A stretch of 64,000 nt of DNA from the human T2T-CHM13v2.0 reference genome, Homo sapiens, in assembly GCF_009914755.1 (NCBI RefSeq), contig NC_060944.1; one strand, given 5' to 3'. The position numbers and the translations under genes were made by a program. The notes under the pieces were generated by a model, which saw nothing but the letters and a program-made list of their open reading frames with translations, did not search any database and was not told where the DNA came from. Every line of letters begins with the position of its first letter. Positions within the stretch are counted from its first letter, which is position 1. Shown here in pieces: positions 37,040-50,013 of the stretch.

Positions 37040-38040
37040 TGGATTTACCTGTCAAAGAACATTTCCTCTGTATTCTTGAAGACAGAACTCTAGTTTTCTT
37101 TTGTAAACGCTATCCCTGCTCTACTCTCATTAGATGTGGCTTGGGTATGGCTATTGCACCAAACCCTGCATCCCTTCAATGATGAATGAGGATAGGATCT
37201 ATCGCAGACTGTTGGTGCTCTGCCCATATCTCTTCAAATACCCCTTCCATTTCCATGTGTAAAATTTTAGCCTCCATCAGCTAGCAAAAGCATGCTTGCT
37301 GGACATCTGCCTTCATGTTGACGAAACCTTCTTTTCTCATGCACAAGGCAGGTGGAAAGTGACTGGGGGATGGGGAATCCGTCTGGAGGTAGGCCTTACC
37401 TAATATCTGATGGGTATAGCAATGTAAGTACCCCGAATCTCTCACTTCTTGGCAAGGGTAATTATTAGGTATTGGTTTAGCCAGAGGCTATTACTGCAAA
37501 GTTAAACTATAATATTTCACTGGTATCTGATTTAACAGTACTGCTTAAATCGGCTGACTTCCCTGTCACCCACCTGTGTTCCTTGCAATTTCCAATAAAC
37601 TGTTTTCACTGGAATCCTTAGCTCAAGGTCTACTTCTGGGGAAACCTGAACCAAAATAAAAACCAAAATCTGGCACATCAGATTATTCCATCTTCTGGCT
37701 TCAGTGACTAATTATGGAGACCTAGGCCTTTCCCTGGAATAATTAAATAAGAGGTACTTTCTTTCTGTTGGGATTCCTTAGTATATGAAATGTAAGCTGG
37801 TACTTTTCCTTATCTTTTCCACTACACAAGAAGAGCCTTCTGTGAGAACAAAGCAAACCCTCAAGAAAATCATTTCAAGGAATAGAGAAGGAGATTTTCT
37901 TGATGAATTCAGCCATACATGAAACTCTGATTTACCTCAAGCCTCTTCAATTATGTGAGTCCACTTCTTTTCTCACCATTTTGAAAGCCAGATTGAGTGA
38001 AGCTTCTGTTTCTTGAAGCTGAAAGAAGTAGGACTAAATT
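37040..38040 (+). mobile_element. Old MLT1 (J/K-like) LTR interrupted by an ERVL LTR
   Basis: CATTTCCTCTGTATTCTTG..CAGAACTCTAG and TTCAATTATGTGAGTC ... TTCTTGAAGCTGAAAGA..GACTAA. Confidence 0.6.
37200..37658 (+). mobile_element. LTR16-like ERVL solo LTR
   Basis: GCAGACTGTTGGTGCTCTGCCCATATC ... AATAAACT ... CTCAAGGTCTACTTCTGGGGAAACC. Confidence 0.75.
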
Positions 38041-39599
38041 TAGATAAAAGCTAGAAGATTTGATCTTGGCCTCTTCTCAATGCAGTACTGGCCAGCAAGG
38101 TGGGGGCTTAGTACCACAGTTTCTCAATTTATGATGCATATGGTGGTTAGCTGTTGGCTCAAAATGGAAGTTGTGGACTATGGTGTCTGAATACTGAGGA
38201 ATTTACTTTTTCTGTTTTTACCAAATAAGTTTAGAGAGGCCACACTTCAAATTTCACTGGAATAGAGGGGAAAATGTCTTATTTCATCACCTTTCTTCTC
38301 ATGTGAAAATTTTTAGAGGAGATGGGCAAATGGTCTTTGAGGGCAAAGAATTATGGAATTATGTAGTGAAGAAATTTGTTCACATGAGGTAACGGATTGT
38401 CTTAAATTTTGCTGTGTAAATTGCAGGCTGCATTTTTTGTTTTAATTAAGCAATGCCAGAAATGGTTTCGTGGCATTTTCCTTCCAGGATTGGGAACCTA
38501 CACACATCAGCTTTGCACATGAGAACCAGAAATTAAAACTGACCACAGCTAATGGGAACCTGCTCAGGCTCACTTTATAGGCTCACTGAGAGAAGTGCAA
38601 AGAGAAAACAGGCTAAGTGAAGAAGGAAAAACACAAGGCTTCCCTTTCAATAAGTTTTAATAATGTATAATCCCCCAGAGAGTAACATATGAACAGAATT
38701 ATAAATTCTCTGTTGGTTACTTTTCTACCATTTAGGACTTGTTAAGTACCCAAAGGGAATTGTTGGCCCTTTATATTTTTAATTCAACTTCAGTGTCTTC
38801 AATTAGAGCATGCTGTCAGAATAAGTAGTCCTCTTCAAATACATGGTTGAGAATGACTAATGCTAAATCTTGAGGCATTCCTACCCCAGTGAAGATTTAA
38901 GGGCTGAATATTCCCGAGGGACTCTTTGTTGGCAAGGTGGCCTCTTCTGGAATGATCTGTCAAGTGTGCACAATCTGACTATCATGTGCATGAAGTAAGA
39001 TGTGAACAAATGGACATCCAGGAGATAATTGTCACGGTTGTTAGCCTTTTTAAATGATCTCTGGAGATATCTTCTGCTTCCACCATCAAGTCTTTTGTTT
39101 GGGGTTTTACCTCATTTTCAGGCTTAGCTTTGAAGATATTGTAAGATAGTTGTTTGAAGGCATACAGCACTCCCTAGTTATATGTATTCCAGCACACTCA
39201 GGACGGGCACTAAATATGAAGAGAAAATTTTATTAACAACTATAGTGACCCAATAGCAAAAAAGGGCAAAAGAATGTATTCTTTTTAGTCTGATCTCTGG
39301 AGCCTGCTCTTGTCTTTGGAAATTAAGAATTTCACTCAGGGGACTGGTGGCCACCTGCAGTTGTGTGTGTTTATTTTTTTAAAGCCTTCCTGTTTACTCA
39401 AATGGCTCTCCTGCATTGGATTTCTCTCAATTGCATGTTGTGGGCCCTGTCCTAGGTTTTTTACTCCCCCTCTTTTTCTGTAACTGAACCTTCCTAAAGA
39501 CGAGCTCCTTAGAAAAGGTGAGGTTCCCAAAGCCAAGGTAAGAAGTTAAGGAGTGGTTTGTAATTCAGTTGCAAATCTGTAGAACAGAAAGATGCTCTT

Positions 39600-39790
39600 T
39601 TCTGTTATCCACTGATATATAACAAACCACCCCCAAACTTGATGCATTAAAACAAGAAATTATTACTTATCAAGATTATGTAGATTATGGGGTGGTTCTT
39701 CTGTTGGTTTCACAGGAGATCACTCAAGTGGCTGTATTTATCTGGTGAGTTAGTTAAAATTGAAGGTTCTACCATGGCATCATCCTTCAC
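39600..39790 (-). mobile_element. MLT1 LTR fragment
   Basis: ATAACAAACCACCCCCAAACTTGATGCATTAAAACAA. Confidence 0.65.
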
Positions 39791-40099
39791 AGTAATAAAA
39801 GAAAAATGCAGATGGCAAATACAGGCAGTCTCTGTTAGCTCTTTTCCTTGAAGTATTAGCAGATGTGAGCCTGGGAGAGATAACTCAAGTATATCTGTCT
39901 TACTCTGATTTTGGGAATAGAGGGATCTCCTGGCTGAGGCATCAGGTCAACTGAAGAATATTTACATTGTTGGAGGTGTTGTAAAATACAGCCTCATTCT
40001 AAACATTTAGCAATGGTGAGGCCCCACAAAGGAAAAAAATAGTTGGCTGGAACAAGATGGCTTGATTTTTTATGGTGGAGCAGAAAGAGGAGTAGGATA

Positions 40100-40283
40100 G
40101 TAAATGAAAGAGTTAACAATTGCCTTTCAAAATACCCCAAATCCCCTGATTTGTAGTATTTGTTGATTTCCATTCTACAAACACTTCTACTGTGGCTAAT
40201 GTCAAGCTTCCATTCAAGTTAAGAAGGCACGTGCACAATTAACTCTTGAAATCCTATGCAAGCTTTCCCTAGCACACCAGTTG
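40100..40283 (-). mobile_element. MER63A
   Basis: CCCTGATTTGTAGTATTTGTTGATTTCC ... GTGCACAATT ... CTAGCACACCA. Confidence 0.75.
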
Positions 40284-41679
40284 ATCAAGAAGAATGAACA
40301 AATAAAAAAATTAAAACAATATCAAGACATGGAAAAGAGAAGTTCTCTGGGTTCTAAAACACAATGGTGAAATGTGAGTATAGGGATGGGAGATGGAACA
40401 GAATCATTGGTGAAATCCTCTGCTACCTACATAGGAATGCCTCAAGTGTTCTTAAAATGCATGCACAGACCAAAATGCACCAAAAAGAAAAAAAAATAAG
40501 AAAGAACAAAAGGACAATACAATAGAGAGGAAAGTAAAATTTAAAGTGTTCAGTTTGGGCTCAAAGTCATTACTAAAACATGAAGTAGACAAATCAGTCA
40601 CTAGGTTTGATTGCCTATCTAGGAGATTTGACCTGAGATGAGTATGGGATATAAAATGAGCACCACATTGAAGGATGTCTGAGATTGAAAGAATGGAAAA
40701 AGCCTGATGAAGGACCCAGGAATGTGAACACAGCTCTGGCTCTCTTATTAGTCCAACTCTGTGGCCTTGAACATTTGGCCTATACTTTTTTTTTCTTTTC
40801 TCTATAAATCTTTGCTGAGTAAATGTATCCCAATGCAACAATAATCACTTCCAGAGAGAGAGGGAGGAAGAGAGAGAATTGTGTGAAGACAGCCATGTCC
40901 TAACTAACCATGTAATAGTACAAAATCTAGAGTGTACAACTTAAGGGAAGAGGTAGGTGGCTCTTGTTTATCTCAAAAGAATGGGGAAAGAGAATACACA
41001 CCCAGCAGAAACATCTTTGTCATGGGAAGATATTGGTTCTAGCAGAGCACATGAAGTTCTTCGCTGCCAGATAGTGTGTGATATCACCAGGTAAACCAGA
41101 ACAAGGCAGGAAGTGATGGCCTCAAATTGGTCCTGGGTCAGGGGACTGTGAGTTGGCCATGATGTCCTGAACAAGCAGAGCTGTTCCTCCTAAGGGAAAT
41201 ATCAGTAGAGGTGCTGAGTGAAGTTCACCCAACCCTTACCCAGCTTCCTACACTGAAGTTTCCTCATTATTCTTTGTAAAGTATTTTTATTAAGTACAGA
41301 TTACTAATATATTTCTATTAAGTACATACACTTTTCTTCTGGGAAATGCTACCCTAAAACAGTTCATTAAGCAACAAAGAGGGATCCCGTCTTACATTCT
41401 AGAATTATGTCCTATGAAATTACCCCAAATTGATTCATTGACATAGTTGAATATTGGCAGAATCATATGGTTTGGCTGAATTTTATCAAAAATCAATTAG
41501 CTAAAAATCTATTAAAATATTTATATATATATCAGTCAGTCTGTTCAGTACATACATTCCATTTGTAGAATATGTTCTGAATTAGTCTTTGCCACCTGTG
41601 AATTACAGTAAACTTCCTTGTTGATCTCCCGTTATTTATTCCTCTGGACCCATGACTCACTGTCTTCTCTTTCATTTAA

Positions 41680-41922
41680 GACTTTGAGTCCAGGAGATTG
41701 ACACCGGCCTGGCTACATGATGAGACCTCATCTCCACAACATTTTTTTTTTTTAGTTAGCCAGACATGGTGGCATGCACCTGTGGTCCCAGCTATTCTGA
41801 GGGTTGAGGTAAAATGATCGCTCAAATCTGGGAGGTTGAGGCTGCCGTCAGCTGTGTTTGCACTACTGTACTCCATCCTGAAAGACAGAGTGAGACCCTG
41901 TCTGAAAAAAAAAGAAAAAAAA
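41680..41922 (+). mobile_element. AluJ, 5' truncated
   Basis: TTGAGTCCAGGAG ... GTGAGACCCTGTCT plus A-tail. Confidence 0.92.
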
Positions 41923-43579
41923 GGACTTTGGCTTTGCCATGTTAGTAAAGGCAATGACAGAAATGCTGGCCCTGGCCTGGCAGGTCTGCCTTCAGTGACT
42001 CAAATGGCTGCCTAATGATATTAGCAAAATCCATTTATTCATGCAACAAATATATATGCCTCTATTTCTTCAGCATATGCTTTTATGGCTACCTTTGTAG
42101 TTCCTATGAACCACTGATTCCATGGTGTTTTGGTTTACTGCTTGACCCATTGGATAAAGAAACAGCTGTATGTGTATATAAAGCCAGTCAACTCTGAAGA
42201 ATGCTCATTCTTCTGATCTTTCCAAAGACCTGTAAGAAGAGTGGAGTATGTCTATTTATCCACCTACTGCCTCTGACAAGGAAGGGAGGGAAGTCCTGGG
42301 AGATTTCAGTTTCAATTCTAGACTACTGGAATGTGTTTTAAAGGATATCATTTGGAAAGCAATTTAAAAAAGACTTAGTTATCCTTTGCCATGTGCTACC
42401 TCGCATCAAAATCAAATGGTTTGTTCGATCAGTGACCTGACGAGTACTGGATAGGGAGACGGTCACAACCAACTCAGTTAAGTTTTTAGTCTGAGGCCTT
42501 TCCTAATACAGATAATTAGCCCACACTTCTATTGAGAGATTTCTCCATTTCCAGTCTAGACAAGGAACAAGCCAAGTCTAAGCCTCATCCCTTCTCTTAC
42601 CTTGAGGTATATTTTGACTGCCTATGGTTTTGATATTTGAGTTCTATCTGTATGTCCTGCTGATAATTGACTCTAGGAAAATAAGCACATTTACAGCTAT
42701 CTTGGGAACTTAGCTGTTTATCTGTATCTGCATATGCCCACAACTGCATTCCACATGACCCTGACCCTGCCACTCTATATGTAGAGTAACATACAGAAAG
42801 TGATTACATTTAAGGTGCCTGGCTGCAAGGCCAGGATTGGGAGGAGTCTATTTTGAGTGGAAGACTTTACTTTGGCAAATTGTGCCAAACTATGATACTT
42901 TTCTGCCTAGGAAGACTTCTGGCTCACCCACTGAGGAGTTTGCATGTCATTCCAGCACATGGTCTACTGTGGGACTTACTGAGTAGTAGCAAAATAACTA
43001 TATCTAATTATGTTAAGATCATGAGTGTGATCTTATGTTGAGACTGGAATCCTTTGAAAGCACAAACTGTCTTCAAGCCCCCATCCAAATCTAAAGGGAA
43101 GTTATCCATAAAACTTGCAATGTAACATTGTTTAGCAGACACTCATCTATCTCCTTTGAAACCAAAGCTTTATAGGTGCCCTGATTGTTGTAACAGTCTG
43201 AGTGTTTGATGTTTACAAGAAATGAATTTCTAGGAACTCAGAAAAGCGAGGAAGAGAAAAGAGCATTGCCAAGTCAAATTCAGCTCATCCTTGCTGCTTC
43301 TGATGCCATTTTGCCCACGTAAATCCTCACAGTGTTCCAGCCCCTGATGAGTCACATCTTCCGTCATCTTCAGATCAGGAGCTAATCATCTATGTCAAAG
43401 ATATTTTGATTTGGTCTTCCTCAAGCTCATTTTCTGAGATGTCCTACCCCAGCTACATTGCAAAGATTGAGATGAAGTGTGAATAGAGCCAGAACTGGAG
43501 GAACTCAACGCCATGGCTTTGCAGGTTTGGCTTCAATCAAGTACTCAGAGCTTTGATTAAAGATATTACTAAGGAATCA

Positions 43580-43915
<336 letters not shown>

Positions 43916-44051
43916 TTAGCCTTTTCTAAATGTAGGTTAATCAACATGTGAATTGAATGTGAAGTGGCTTTAATTTTTTTTCCACAAATATTCAATAACA
44001 CATACATATTTACACCAATTTAAATTTGTTTCTGAATATTGAGCGCCATTC

Positions 44052-44522
<471 letters not shown>

Positions 44523-44661
44523 TGTTAATTTCTTTTTTAATAGTAGAGCCAGCTTTTCAAGCAAGGGGAGCTTCTTTTATTTAAAATAACCTTTTGTTGC
44601 CATATTTAAATTGATTTGGTTAATTTCCAGGAATATAATTGTTCTGGGGTAATAAGATTTC

Positions 44662-44760
44662 TTTTTTTGAGAGAGGGCCTCGACCTCCCCTGGCTCAAGT
44701 GATCCTCCCACCTCAGCCTCCCAAAGTGCTGGAATTACAGTCATGAGCCATGTGCCTGGA
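44662..44760 (-). mobile_element. Short Alu/FLAM remnant
   Basis: GGCTCAAGTGATCCTCCCACCTCAGCCTCCCAAAGTGCTGG; flanked by ATAAGATTT direct repeats. Confidence 0.85.
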
Positions 44761-44851
44761 CAATGGGATGATAAGATTTAAAATTGCCTACCTCACTATG
44801 ACATTAGAGAGGTCATCTACATCCCAATCCTAAATAAGCAGGAATAAGAAA

Positions 44852-44996
44852 GCCTGAAGTCCCAGCTACTCGGGAGGCTGAGGCAGGAGAATCAATTGAA
44901 CCCAGGAGGCAAAAGTTGCATTGAGCCAAGATGGTGCCACTGAACTCCAGCCTGGATGACAGAGCAAGACTCTGTCTCAATTGAAAAAAAAAAAAT
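44852..44996 (+). mobile_element. AluS right monomer
   Basis: GTCCCAGCTACTCGGGAGGCTGAGGCAGGAGAATC ... GACTCTGTCTC plus A-tail. Confidence 0.92.
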
Positions 44997-45348
44997 TATC
45001 AAGCATGAGTAGCTAGAAATGGGCTTACCTTTGACAACCAGCTATCCTCCCCTTCAAATACTGGACACTTTCCCACTCTCCATTCTACAGAGGGAATGCG
45101 CTCTTTAGCCTAATTAAATGTTCTAGGATAAGCCTCTAAAGGGAGCATAGGACCAATTAAATGAGCAGGACCAAGCCCTTTGGGCATTTCTCCCTTTAAG
45201 TTATAATTCTGATAGGGTAAGTCTGTGAGGAACATTAACAATGCCATTCAAGGCTCAGCAGTCTTTCATTTAGAAGGTCCTGTGATTCCTCTCCATTGGG
45301 AAAGGGTGAGGTGAGGTCTTGTTTGAAGTAGTGCCCATAGCAGGGGGA

Positions 45349-45360
45349 GGAAATGACTCA
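45349..45360 (+). promoter_or_regulatory. AP-1 composite motif GGAAATGACTCA
   Basis: Consensus TGACTCA (45354-45360) abutting GGAAA; motif only. Confidence 0.3.
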
Positions 45361-46113
45361 GTGGCCTCGGCCACACAACTGTAAAACTCTTCTTGCAAGA
45401 GGAACCGTGCTTGAACTTGGCAGCCTAAGCAAAGTCTCAGCATGATTCAAGCTTAGAGTCAATCTAGCTTTTACTGGCTGAAATAATAATACCCCATGGG
45501 GCTCCTCCAAGCTACAGCTGAGGAATGGATATGGAGATAGTGAAACTCTTTCTGAGACGCATGTGGAAACTGGGACCACGGGGTGAATGGGGCCTGATTG
45601 TGACATAGCGTTGGGAAGGCAGGAATTTCAATATTTACGCTAAACTCGCTTTCTAACTGTGGGCAGAACACATCTCTGCTTTATTTTTTTAATCTTTTGA
45701 GATAAATATGAAATTTAAATAAAATTTATTTAAGGTGAATTTTTATTTTCTTTTATAACATGATCACTTTTTTAATATTGGGAAAGTTTTGATTCTCCTC
45801 TATTAGCATGTGACTATTTGCCAGAAATAGAGTGCCTTTAAAATCAATAAATATACTTGGGAAAAAAATAATAAAAGATATCTAAATTTTACTGAACAAT
45901 AGGTCAGAAGACCCATTTTTATTAATAAAGCACAGCACAATTGTAAGCTTAAATTATTTGCAGTGTCTCTACTTATGAAGCAAAGATCTTTGAGGATTTA
46001 CTACGTGTTGAGCCCATTGCAAAGGTTGAGCGTACAGGAGCAGATATGACATTGTCTTTGCTATCAAGGAGCTGGCTGTCTTGTGAGGGGGCAGACAAAG
46101 TCATTGTAAGTGC

Positions 46114-46678
46114 TTTTGTTTTGTTTTGTTTTATTGTGGTAAGAACACTTAACTTGAAATGTATCCTCTTAACCCAGTCTTAAGTGTATGACACATATTG
46201 ACTCTAGGTACAATGTTGTACAGCAGATCTTAGAGCTGATTCAACTTGCTTAACTGAAACCTTATGCCTGTTGATTAGTAACTCCCCATTTCTCCCTCCT
46301 CCTAATCCCTGGCAATCACCATTCTACTCTCTGCTTCTAAGAACTTGACTATTTAGGATACCTCATATAAATGAAATGAAAGCATATTTGTCTTTCTGTG
46401 ATTGCCTTTTCACTTAGCATAATGTCCTCAAGGCTCATCCATGTTGTCACATATTACAGAATTTCCTCCTCTTTCAAGGTTGAATAAGTATTCCATGGCA
46501 TGTCTATACCACAGTTTCTTTTTCCATTCATGTGTTGATGGACAGTTAGGTTGTTTCCACATCTTGGCTATTGTGAATGGTACTGCAATGAACATGAGAG
46601 TGCTGATATCCCTTCAGGATTCTGATTTCAATTCTTTTGGGAAAATACCGAGAAGTGACATTGCTGAATCATATGGTG
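46114..46678 (-). mobile_element. L1MA9-10/L1MB1-like 3' end, inserted in an L2 remnant
   Basis: TTTTATTGTGGTAAGAACACTTAAC ... GTTGTACAGCAGATCT ... TTGCTGAATCATATGGT; (TTTTG)n tail. Confidence 0.9.
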
Positions 46679-46771
46679 TTATAAAAGAGGTTTTTCTTAG
46701 TGTCCTACTGGAACAGAAACAAGTAAAATGTAACGGGCTCAGTCAAAGTGCTAGGGATAACTGGGTCAGAT

Positions 46772-47230
46772 GACAAACCCAGAACCATGTAGCAGGAGGT
46801 AAAAGGAGAAGATTGAGTAGAAGTGATGGGGAACAGAGATGATAAGACACGTGGTGCACCAGGATAACTGAGAACACAGCACCTTGGATGAAACTCAAGT
46901 GGTCCAATTTGCCTGCAGCAAAAGATGCTGGTGGAGCAAAAAATGAGATTGGAGAGGTAGGGTGGGGTCCTTTTCCTTTTATAAACCCAAAATCCTGCAG
47001 ACAATTTTTGTCACGGAACATCATAAAAGGAAGTATTAAGTAGATAAGAAGTTACTGGCTTCTTTCATGACAACAAAGCCATTTAAGTGATTAAACTGGA
47101 GTTCCAAAGTTTTCTGCCCATCAGATCATTGCATAAATTTAATGTTTTTATTTTTAGCATTACTAATAAAAATCTAGTAGAGAAAAAAAAAATAAAAAGA
47201 CAAACCCAGAACCATGTAGCAGGAGGTAAA
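46772..47230 (+). repeat. Perfect 32-bp dispersed direct repeat (46772-46803 and 47199-47230)
   Basis: GACAAACCCAGAACCATGTAGCAGGAGGTAAA occurs twice, identical. Confidence 0.97.
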
Positions 47231-48076
47231 TGGTAAAATCAAGTCAGATCACACAGAGAACTCTGAGGCTACAGACTTCTTGTTTTTACCTCACTTTATT
47301 AAAATTATGCATGAAACATTTATGGCCATTTTTATTTCATGTTATAATGTTATAATCCAGATATCATGTTATTTCCATGAATAAGAAAAGGAAGTTTTCA
47401 TTTGACCCATTTTACATTAGGGAGTTAAAATAAGGGAAATGATCAGGTCAAAAGTTTCACTCCTGGAATTAAAATTGTGTCAAGACCCAATAAAGTTGTG
47501 TCTTGTTTCATTCCTAGTTCACCAATTTATGCAACCGGTAAATTTTCTCTCCCAATAATCTAAAATTGAGTAAGATCTGGTATACCATGTAATTCTTTTT
47601 TTCTCATCTATTTTTTAATCTTTTGTTATCCTTCATTTTATTCTGTGTCCTATATCTCCTGAAGTTTCAAAAAGACAAAAATAAGTATGAAAAGGTAGTG
47701 CAGTGCTATGTATTTTATCATTTATGTAATTAGACATTCACATTATACCTTTGAAGAGTGATTGATAAGATCATCCCTATTTCTTTCATTACTACTCATA
47801 ATGATTCAGTGCTATGGTTTTAATTTCTCCAGCACTTTTATTCTAAGGAACAGAAGCACAAAAGGGGCTTTGCTACTCTGAGTCATAGGTGTATAAAAAA
47901 TAAAGTTTGTGGAGAAAAGAAAGACCTCTATAAAGAAATGAAGAACCTTGCTAATCAGTGGTGAGACTGTGACTAAGACCATTTCTTTAAGAGTTTGGGT
48001 TTACAGATAGGGGAGGAGCATGGTGGATGCGGGACAGAGATAGGACATGGGATTTGAAACTGAAAGACATCATTTT

Positions 48077-48379
48077 GGCCAGGTGGCTTACACCTGTAAT
48101 CCTAGCACTTTGGGAGGCTGAGGTGGGAGTATCACTACAGCCCAGGAGTTCAAGACCAGCCTGGGCAACATAGTAAGACCCTGTCTCTACATTTTTTTTT
48201 TTAATTAGCTGGGCATAGTAGCATATGCCTGTAGACCCAGCAACTTAGGAGGCTGAACTGGGAGGATTGCTTGAGCCTGGGAGTTCAAGGAAGCAGTAAG
48301 CTGAGATCATGCTACTGCACTCCAGCCTGGGCAACACAGTGAGACTCTGTCTCAAAAAAAAAGAAAGAAAGGAAAAAAC
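48077..48379 (+). mobile_element. AluJ inserted in a MIR-like remnant
   Basis: GGCCAGGTGGCTTACACCTGTAATCC ... A-tail; TSD AAGA(CA/TG)TCATTT. Confidence 0.95.
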
Positions 48380-49804
48380 AAGATGTCATTTCAAATCTAA
48401 TTTAGCCATTTACTGATTGTTGGCTATATATAAGATAAGATTATAGTCTTTTTCTAGGACTATACGATTACTTGTAAGTATTAGTTATAATACATGCATA
48501 TATATGTATAGTCTGACATGTAGTAGAGGTCACTAAACAGTAGCTACTCATTAAGCTCTACTCAAGACTGCAGCCTGGGATCACAAAGTAAGAATATAGC
48601 AAAGCTGAGATTCAGCTTTGTCTTTTCATGCACCTTCTGTGTATGGAAAAGTTTAGTCATTTGAGTTAAAAAACAGAGCAATGTTGCTGGTTGAATATTA
48701 TTGGTGAGAGTGAGCTTCCTAGGTGCATGTCTAGGCTCAAGGATGCAACACAAAACAAAATATCCAAGTGATAAACTTATAAACTGGGGCATTTGAGACG
48801 TGTGATTGTTTTCTGCTATACTATATGATTTTACCTGGCAGCATTTTCTAAAGATTAAGTCATGTTTTATAATTGCACTGTTTCCTCTTTCCCAATTAGT
48901 GACCATTCCTTCCTGCTCTTCCAGTAGTTCCTTCTAACTTTTGCATTTCTTCATGGTAGAAATGTAATAAGGAACCATTTGGTTTTCAACATTCTTCTTT
49001 ATGCTGGACTAATCCCAGTTCATACTCACTTGAATACGAAAGCAAAACATTTGAAACAAAGTAAAATTATGAACATAAAACCATAAAATTCAATTGCTTT
49101 CATAAAATAATTCATTTTCAATTTATTCCTTCTAAGATGCTAGGTGTGCACTGAGTGGGGCACTTTTGCATGATTTCATGAGGATTAAGGTAGATGTTTT
49201 TGAGAACATGCATTTTAATTGCTCTGAGGACTTCTTTACTCTCCATTTATTATATTCTCTGGAAATCAATTTTTTATTTCAGAATAAAATAAGGATTATT
49301 AGATATAGCTTTTAAAACTGCGAGGGGAACTGTCAGTGCAAAAGAAAAACTTCAAAGTTACCTATTAACTAGTCAAATTATCAGCTCAAATATACTATCT
49401 GTCTAAGAGTGAAAGTACCTATGAAATTGAGAATCCATAGAATTTTAGAGGAATCACTAAACACATGCATTTGAACTATAGACCTTTATAAAAGAGAAAG
49501 CTGGAGTTCAGATTAATAATTAAATGATTATGTGATCTATTGGTGTTGACACATGGTTCCATTCTAGGAGATGGAGGGGGACCAAGGCCAAGCGTAATGA
49601 ATCTGTTCCAGCCACTGCTCTCCATTAAACATGTACTGGCTGTCTTGTTGACATATCCTAGAGACCAGAGAAGTGTCTACAAATGTCACTGTGGTACTTA
49701 ACAATATCTGAAAGTGTTATTCTCTCATGATATTTCTACTACTGCACAATAATTAGTAGAAAAAGAATTGCACGGTTTAAAATTTTTGTGTAATTACTAA
49801 TGCA

Positions 49805-50013
49805 GTTTAGGTATATATATAAACATTATATATAAATGTAATAATACAGTTTATATATACTAGTACAGTTTATATATATTCTAATACAGTTTATTATGTA
49901 ACTGTATTTGTGTGTATATATATACATAAATTATATACTATATTTGTATATATACACACCCACACTACATAGTATGTATATATATACACACGCACTATAT
50001 ATATTTTTATACA
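49805..50013. repeat. AT-rich (TA)n low-complexity tract with recurring TACAGTTTAT unit
   Basis: Seen directly. Confidence 0.85.

Noticed and set aside
39340-39537. Possible exon ending at strong donor AAG|GTAAGA; similar isolated sites at 18298 (AAG|GTAAGT) and acceptor CTTTCAG at 17455
   Set aside because: Isolated splice-like motifs are expected by chance in 64 kb; a lncRNA exon cannot be supported without transcript data.
43234-43318. Possible exon TTTCTAG|GAACTC...CCCAC|GTAAAT
   Set aside because: Weak donor, no recognisable peptide in any frame, no partner exons.
43345-43440. Box C/D snoRNA-like TGATGA ... CTGA
   Set aside because: No terminal stem and no recognisable rRNA antisense element.
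45334-45350. CTCF-like CCATAGCAGGGGGAG
   Set aside because: Mismatches at key positions of the CCASYAGRKGGC core.
46772-47230. 32-bp direct repeats as a CRISPR-like repeat-spacer unit
   Set aside because: Only two copies, a 395-bp spacer, primate genomic context and no cas genes.
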